64,000 nucleotides of DNA from Eledone cirrhosa (lineage: Eukaryota). The position numbers were made by a program, and so were the translations under genes. Positions 51,640 through 64,000 of the stretch are shown here, piece after piece. Every line of letters begins with the position of its first letter. The stretch's first letter is position 1. The notes beneath the pieces are model-generated. The model searched no databases, had not been told where the DNA came from, and saw only the letters and a list, made by a program, of their open reading frames with translations. The stretch spans positions 75,640,001 to 75,704,000 of the forward strand of contig OZ024742.1 in the NCBI GenBank assembly GCA_964016885.1, in the 5' to 3' direction.

Positions 51640-52916
51640 AGATGAAATTAAAAAATATCGTATAATCATAAACTGTGATAAACATTTAAATATTATTAAC
51701 ATAATTAATATATACTTTGGAAATTAATATATAGATTAATTTTAGTTTATTTAACCTATTATTAAAATTCTTTTACAGATGAAATACAACAAAATATCGT
51801 GTAAATTAATAATGGAGAAATACTTTTTAATATTATAAACCTAATTAATATACAATTTAGAAATTAATATATAAATTAATTTTAATTTAGTTAACCTATA
51901 ATTTTAATTTAGTTAGCTTATAATTAAAATTCTAATACAGATGGATTGCAGAATATCGTGTAATCATAAACTGAGAAAAACTTTTAAATATATACCTAAT
52001 TAATATACACTTTACAAGTTAATATATAGATTAATTTTAATTTAGTTAACCTATAATTAAAATTCTACTATAGATAAAATACAAAATTTTGCTTTAATCA
52101 TTATAAACCTAATTAACATATACTATAGAAATTAATATATAATTTTTAATTTAGTTAACCTATAATTAATATTCTACTACCGATGAAATACTTAATTTAG
52201 CTTTCCCTATTACAAAATTCATTTCCTAAAATTGATACCATCATGTTAATATATGTAATTATTTTTAATTTAGTTATGCTATAATTAATACTCTACTACT
52301 GTTTAACTTTAAAATTCCGCTTTAAATATGATAAACCTAAGTAGTATACACCTTAGAAATTAATATATTAACTATTTTTATTTTAGTTAACCTATAATTA
52401 ATATTCTACTTATATTAACATACATAATTTAGCCTTCTTTCTTACAAATACCATTTCCGAAAACTGATACAACTATGTAAACACATATAATGATTTAACT
52501 GCAGATTAATATTCTATGTTCCTTGAAACCTATATATTTACTATTTCCCACTAATAATTTTAATCCCCCCCCCCCAATAATTATTTGTATTTGAAGCGTG
52601 GATGTATGGATGTGTATGTAAGTGTGTATGTATGTTTGTGTGTTTGTATGTGTGTATGAAAATACATATGTGCGCATGTATATGTGTGTGTACTATGTAA
52701 ACACATATAATGATTTAACTGCAAATTAATATTCTATGTTCCTTGAAACCTATATATTTACTATTTCCCACTAATAATTTTTAACCCCCCCTATAATTAT
52801 TTGTATTTGTAAGCGTGGATGTATGTATGTGTATGTAAGTGTGTATGTATGTTTGTGTGTTTGTATGTGAGTATAAAAATACATATGTGCGCATGTAAAA
52901 GTGTAGTGTATGAGTG

Positions 52917-52949
<33 letters not shown>

Positions 52950-53140
52950 GTGTATGTATGTATGTGTATGTATATGCATTTGTAGAGAATGTGTGTATGT
53001 ATGTGTATATATGTGCATATGTGTCTGGTGTGTGTATTTATATTTTTATATATATATATATATATGTGTGTGTATGTCTCTATATATATGTATGTCTGAG
53101 TGTGTGTGTGTGCGTGGTTGTGTATATATACATTTGTATG

Positions 53141-53199
<59 letters not shown>

Positions 53200-53231
53200 G
53201 TGTATATATATATACATATATATATATATAC

Positions 53232-53265
<34 letters not shown>

Positions 53266-54176
53266 CGGTGTGTATTTATATGATGGGTATATGTTTTACT
53301 TATTTTTATGTGTATGCATACAAACAGGTCAATATGCGTGAGGTTAAGTATGTGTATGTGTGTGTGTGTACGTATGTATGTATCGAACGTATGGATGTGT
53401 AAATGTGCGTATGTATAGAAGCATGTATATTTTATGTCTCTCCTTTATGTTTTTTTTATGTTTTTTTATATTTATTTTGTGAGACATTCGCGTCTGTGTA
53501 TGTACGTACCCCGCCCTATTTTTTTGTACCCCCTTTCTTTGAGTTTTTTTGCTTCTATAAACATTTTTTTTTATTTCTAATTTCATGGATACATTTTTAT
53601 AAGTATGTCGAGATTGACACTTTCCTTTAATTACTTACTCCCTTACCTCCTTTACTTCTGCATCTAAATGTAAGTGTGTGTGGGCGTGTTAATGTGAGCG
53701 CCTCAATATCCATATATTTATAATAATAATATTATGTATGTGTGTGTGTATGTATGTGTATATATATATATATATATGTGTATATGTATGTATTATGTAT
53801 ATATGTATGTATGTGTATGCATGTATGTGTGTATATATATGTATATATGTATATTCTGTCTGTAGATTGTAGACATACAGATACATTAGCCCTAAACTTT
53901 TATATTTACATACACTTTTTCAACATACGTATACATATGAACATACACTTTTATGCACATCTGTGAACGGATTTACATGCATATATACACACACCTAACT
54001 GTATTTTCTTGATAAATGTTTATGTATTTCATTGGTCTATTTAAAATCTGTTCCCAAACAGACCTGTAATTTTGAATTGTTGTTATTATCAATAAATATG
54101 CATAATTATTTCTGAAGACAGCATATATATGTGAAGGTATGTATATTCTCTTTGATAGTTTGTATAATTTTGTACA

Positions 54177-57925
<3,749 letters not shown>

Positions 57926-57940
57926 TTCTTATTTTACGTC

Positions 57941-58036
<96 letters not shown>

Positions 58037-59188
58037 ATACATATATACACTTTATTTACACTTTATTTACTACCAAAACAGATTCTATGCTTAAACTTTA
58101 ATCAGTTATTCTAATAAACATTTGCTCTACGGTTTTATATATTATATATATATATATTATCCTTATCGTGTCCTCTTCGAATTTTAGTTTTCACATTTAT
58201 TATTATTATGACTATATATATATATCAGTGTGTGTATACGTGTGTATATGTGCGTTTATGTGTGACTGATATATATCTTCATAGTAAATAATAGAGTGGT
58301 GGGGGAGTAAAAGGCCAGATGCGGTCTAATATGAACACTATGCTTCTTTTTTGATCGCTTGTTGGACCCACCTAAGAGAGGGAAATAGAGAGAGAGTGAG
58401 GGAGATAGAGAGAGAGAAAGAGATAGATTGAGAAAGACGGAGAGAACGAGAGAGAGCGAGAGAGAGAGAGAGAGAGCGAGAGCGAGAGCGAGAGCGAGAG
58501 AGAGAGAGAGAGAGAGAGTATGTGTGAGAAAGAGTATGAAGAATGAACATAGATAGAGAAATGTGAACGAGAGCAGTGAAGGGATAGAAAGAGAGATAGA
58601 GAAATCAAAAGAGATGAAACAGGAAACGAGCCCAATATTTATTTATCAACACCGATGAGATAAAATGGAAATATAGCCTCTTTATGATTTTAAATTAGAT
58701 CGCAGAGAATGACTGAGTAACACATGACACTATAAATCTAAGCTCTGGCTATTCTGGACATTCGCCACATTGAGTATCATTGTATTATGTTTAAGAATGA
58801 ATTTACGGAATTATAACATAAAACGATAAATGGCATACTAATATCATTAAGTAAGATTTGTGCAGCTATGTCGCACTAATGCTTAATACCAATGCATAGC
58901 ATCAAAGATAAGTATCTACAGATTCGATTATATTAGTTGAAACAATTCTTATGGAATTTCCGGCAATACATATTACTTGAATTTCCTATCTGAAAATAAA
59001 TAAAGCAATCTTGTATTATCTTACGTTTCATCTAAATCCTCTACATAAATATCATTTATTCACCATGGCATAATTATAATTGATATTAATATATTAATAT
59101 ACGCGCAATATATATAACCCCTGGGAGTGTTAGTGAAATCATGACCTTCAACAAATTTCATCGCACAGGGAGCATTCATCACTTATAC

Positions 59189-59272
59189 CTAATACTGAAA
59201 CAAAATTCTTAATTAAATAATCTGCAAGATTTCGTGTAGTCCAGAGACAATTGTATTTGTTTCCAATGTGAC
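59189..59272 (-). CDS. Candidate internal host exon (84 nt, phase 1-1)
   Basis: cttcacag|G acceptor, AG|gtataa donor, open frame GHIGNKYNCLWTTRNLADYLIKNFVSVL in unique sequence. Confidence 0.2.
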
Positions 59273-60351
59273 CTGTGAAGTGTTAAATAAGAACCTCTAA
59301 ACGAAAGTAGAAGACAAAAGACTTTGATCAATAAAATGCAGGTTAGTTATAAGGTAAAATAAGGAAGCAAGTAATGTTTCTACATTTCGTACAGCAATTT
59401 CCGGAGAACGGGAAAATTGATTTCATCAACGTTTGAACTGTATGGACGTGTTTTCTTGGGGCTCTGCAAGAGTCATCAGCAACACACACAACCAGGTGTT
59501 TCTACCACGAAGAATAAAAAAAATGAGTCCAACGAGGGACATTATATTATAGTTATGGTGTTTCACATGGAACCTTATAGCTATAACACAGAGAAGTAGA
59601 CAGTCCAAGTGAAAACAAAAGACAACATACAATCTAATAATAAGGTTAAAGGGAAAACAACCGGCTATGAAACAGAAAGTTGAATGGTAAAGGTAGAAAA
59701 GTATAATTGAAACATTTTTTCGACAAAGTGTCCTGTGTCTTCAAACCCAGAAAGAATCTACCTTTCTATATCAACAACACACCACGTTTTACTCACAAAT
59801 CTCTAAGTAGATAAAAAAAAAAAAGAAATAGTTTGCTATTGTTATTTTCTGTAACTATAAATCTTTCACTAAAGCCACACGTCCTGCACTAACACAAATT
59901 CACCTGATCCGGAAAACATTATATGTAACAACATTATTTATATCCAAGTGTCTGCAAGTACAACGTAATCTACATCAAATCAAAACAAAACATTACAGAC
60001 AACCGTTTAAATAAATCGTAAAATAGGTGGAATTGAAAAGAAATAACCAAAGATAGATACTATGCTAAATTACCATCAAATACATCACAAAAGGATATAT
60101 AAAGACACACATGGTAGATTAATGTTTTCTCCGCTGGTGAATTTCTCCAAGACTTTGATACTGCTTTTTTGTGAGCCTTCTTAAAAAAATGTTTAATAGC
60201 AACAAAAGAGAACAAGCTGCTCATTGGAGAATTTTTCGCTAAGAAACCACCCCGAAACGGAACTTATCACCTATCCCACCTTAACCCCACACAAAATTTG
60301 ATTCAGCAGCAAAATTGACAACCGAAGTAGGTAGCAGTAACAAATATCAGT

Positions 60352-60625
60352 ACCATTAACAAGAGGAAAGCAACGACAGCAACAGTGACAATAACAACAA
60401 CACCAGCAACGACATATATGTGTATACACCATCATCATACCAGCAATCACCACTTCTACCATTAAGAGGAAAGCAACGACAGCAACAGTGACAATAACAA
60501 CAACACCAGCAACAACATATATGTGTATACACCATCATCATACCAGTAATCACCACTTCTACCATTAAGAGGAAGCCAACGCCAGCAACAGTTACAATAA
60601 CAACAACACCAGCAACAACATATAT
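60352..60625. repeat. 103-bp tandem repeat, about 2.7 copies
   Basis: ACCATTAA..GAGGAAAGCAACGACAGCAACAG recurs at ~60352, 60458 and 60561. Confidence 0.9.
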
Positions 60626-60679
60626 ATTTACAGGATTTATAGACTCATTTTTAGCAACATAGCTCTATGAGAAACTGAT

Positions 60680-61805
60680 AACATGCTCGCATGTGTGCAT
60701 GCAGATCTCAGGGCATTTCCGCTGCGAACAACCCCTGGTATTGCTTGTCCACCTATTTATTTATTTATTTATTATTTCTCGTTTGTCCCCCTCCATGCCC
60801 CCCCCGTTCTGTATTGTCTTCTGTTGCCTCCGGATCTGGTGTATGTGAGCTATGTAGCCTCACTCATATCAGCTCCCTGCCCACATCCCCCTGATTCCGT
60901 TGTTTCCCTTCGACCCACATACCGTTGAGACTAGCATCCAGGCCGGTGACAACCAGCCACCCGCCCTTGATGTCGCTTAGTGCTCCAGTCCCCGGTTTCA
61001 TGCCCATCCCCATACCAACCAGTCGACACCTGCAGCGCTTGCAGCAGCACGAAGAGGGGACCGGAACTGTTCCGGGTGCGGGTGTTTCCACCACCTTATT
61101 TATATTGGCTTGATGCGTCGAGCCTCCAGTGCCCTCATAGCGTGGATGCAGCAACTGTCTCTTCTCCTCATCTGCTCAGCTACGACCATCCATAACACCA
61201 CCAGATGGGATAGCGAGCTTGTTTGATGCTCAAACCTCGCTGGTTAACATCGCTCTGCTCAAGCGGCCTCGGAAGATTCCGCTCCAGATCCCGAGAGCTG
61301 CCCGGATGCCGGTAGACGATACCCTCACTTCCTCAATCGAGAGGACCCTGGACTCTAATCGAGCCAGCGACTGGTAGCGCCTTTTTTTATTTCAATCCAC
61401 TCCCCATCAGTCTCCCCAACTCTGGCGCTGACCGATGCGGCCTGTCGACAGCAGCTTTGGGCAAGCCCATCTCTAGTGTGCCGAAGGACACAATACCCTC
61501 TGCTCTCTGGTGTAAATAAAATAATCACAGACACGGACGTGTACACGCACTCAAGCACACCTACGAAAATCGCCCCAACGGCACACATATAAGCACATTA
61601 ATGGCACTTCGGGATTCTCCAACTCGGTCCCCACCTCCGACTGCCGGACCACTTGCCTACCACCTTTAACCTACTTAAAAACCCTTTTTTCAAAATTCCG
61701 ATGTTACAACCTGTTCCCTGTCTCTCTCGGAACTTTCCATTTCCTGAAAAATGACTTAGATCGGAATCGCTTAACCCTCCTCTAATTCCTCCGAAGCGTG
61801 AGACT
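60680..61805 (-). mobile_element. GC-richer island, possibly the decayed 5' region or ORF1 of an L1/Tx1-like element
   Basis: Sharp compositional shift; faint IWSG..VVAE..RR..CC similarity to Tx1 ORF1; ends next to AATAA. Confidence 0.25.
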
Positions 61806-61840
61806 AATAAGACTTTACACACACATTACACCCCCCCCCC

Positions 61841-61909
<69 letters not shown>

Positions 61910-61993
61910 CAATAATAAAAAATGTGAAGACTAAAGTCCGAAGAGGGTTCGATAAGGATTATATATATATAAATATATATAAAAACCGTAGAG

Positions 61994-62107
<114 letters not shown>

Positions 62108-62425
62108 GGCATACGATTGTACAGAGATAACTAGAATAGAATGCAATATTTAATACAATTTCTTTGAAATTGATTGACAATCGATATTAGTAACCTGCAT
62201 TATAAAGTGTATATCGTAGGCATTATTCTAAATAATAAAGATGCCATGATATTGATGAATACCCGAATCTGGGATTTATGGAGTCAAATGCAAGGTATGT
62301 CACTGGTTTCAAAAATAATAATTCATTAAATGGAGTCTATTGCACTTGCACGAGATACAGAAATATTTCATATATTGACACAAGCATGCTTATGTGTATC
62401 TTTGGCTGTACTTGGGGATATGTAC

Positions 62426-62469
<44 letters not shown>

Positions 62470-64000
62470 TGTGTGTGCGTGTGTGTGTCTCTCTCCGTGT
62501 GTCTGTGTGTGTGTGGGAGTATGTGTGCTTGTATGTATGTATGTATATATATATATATATATATATATGTAGGTTCGCATGTATGTATGGGGATGTATAC
62601 GATTGTGTATGTGTTTGTTTGAGTGTGTGTTTGTATATGTAAATCAAATCAACAAACTTTTCGGTGTATATTGCTTCATGGTGTTATCAAGGAAGCAAAT
62701 TGATAGATTAGCGGTAAGTTAAGAGACCGGATAAAGGATAATGGTCATTCTTGTAAGGAGTTAATGCATTGTAAATCTATTAAGTATGTTATTTTATGAA
62801 AGACAGATATAGTGCACTAATGGACAGAAAGTCAGTAATGAAGGTTAAGTATCTCTATAATGCGCTGACTGAGATTTTAAGATGACGCGCATAGTTGATT
62901 CAACTTAATGCCTAGTAGCTCATGCTTTTATCTTCTGTTTGAATATAAATTCATTTATACAACTCTCCCAAGTTTGAAACGAAGTCGTTTAATTTTCGTT
63001 AGTCGGTTGTTACGTAAACTCTGTCTCACTTGAGGTGAAGTTTTATGAATTTAATGTCACACTAAGTCGCCCATCTTGTGAAGAATTCTGCTGAAAAGTA
63101 TACAAAATTCTTTGAGGTCTAACAAATAATACAATTAAATTAGGAATCATATCGTGATGCTTTGGATTTTGCTTCAATACTTAAACGATTACAATACAGA
63201 ACATATACCCCCCCCCCCCCCATTTCTGATGCTGTTGCTGTTAAGTAGTTTACAATGATTCTTTTCATTTCTTATTTATTTACATGAAATGCTGTTATAC
63301 TCTTATAACATCGAAATGATTTGAGATTTTATAGCTCATTCAAACAGGGCAGGTAATATAACAAAATCCTGTTGTTGATGTTTTCATATTTGCCTGGAGT
63401 TTCTCAAACAGATTTACACCATATTTTAAATATACAATTTTACAAGTTGAACGATGTTGACATGTATTTGACTTGAAACCATTGAATTCAGGTAGTTATA
63501 GCAGTATATGCTACATTCCTTTTCAAAGCACATACATGAAATGAATTAAATTCAGCGTCTAAGCAAGGAGTCAGCTTCCAATTATAATGTTAACATCACA
63601 TTATATTATTGACCTATGCCGTTAGATACGGTCTTGTTTGAATTAAGTAGAGAGATAATTTGACGTGAAACATATAGACAAGTTATATTTAGTCCCCAAA
63701 TGATCCTTATGCTGAAGAGCAATTGCAACATCCAATCTTCCACCACATCAAATATTTCTCACATCCCCACGTCGAAACATGAGAGTACTCACAGCAACAT
63801 TGTCACACGTTCATCCTTAGTAAGATTAAACACATGTCTTAATGTATATGTGGCTAAGTTCTACTATAGAAGAAATACACGGATGAATATATTTAAAAAA
63901 TATACAAGTAGGGAGTCTTCCTACCACAATTCTTATTTGATATTAGTCAACAATCATTAATAATAAGAGTCGAGACGTTCTCACGACTGACTTAATCAAG

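Noticed and set aside
59400-59640. ORFs 59417-59599 and 59426-59632 as host coding exons
   Set aside because: No recognisable homology and no consistent acceptor/donor pair found by eye

Overview
Eukaryotic, very AT-rich, microsatellite-dense genomic DNA, probably from an octopod cephalopod (inferred from the tRNA-derived SINE type and the (TA)n/(AAT)n landscape). It is almost entirely transposable elements. 1-10.6 kb is a nest of non-LTR retrotransposons, each sitting in an (AAT)n tract: one near full-length decayed Tx1/L1-clade element plus three fragments on the minus strand, two R4/Dong-type RLE elements on the plus strand, and SINEs. 17-58 kb is dominated by Penelope-like elements (PLEs) and their non-coding derivatives inserted in (TA)n. 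Almost all of these are fold-back (inverted-repeat) structures, including a ~10 kb palindrome with a 9-bp spacer and an open RT-GIY-YIG frame in both arms. By eye I find at least ten type-I hammerhead ribozyme motifs from several unrelated families. They include U3-A8 core variants and helix-II insertions of about 100 nt, and some fold-backs turn exactly at a hammerhead cleavage site or inside helix II. Also present: a decayed CR1-type LINE, non-autonomous Helitron-like elements, a 200-N gap, and weak candidate host exons on the minus strand. The long Tyr/Ile ORFs are microsatellite artefacts. All calls are from manual reading; no searches were run.
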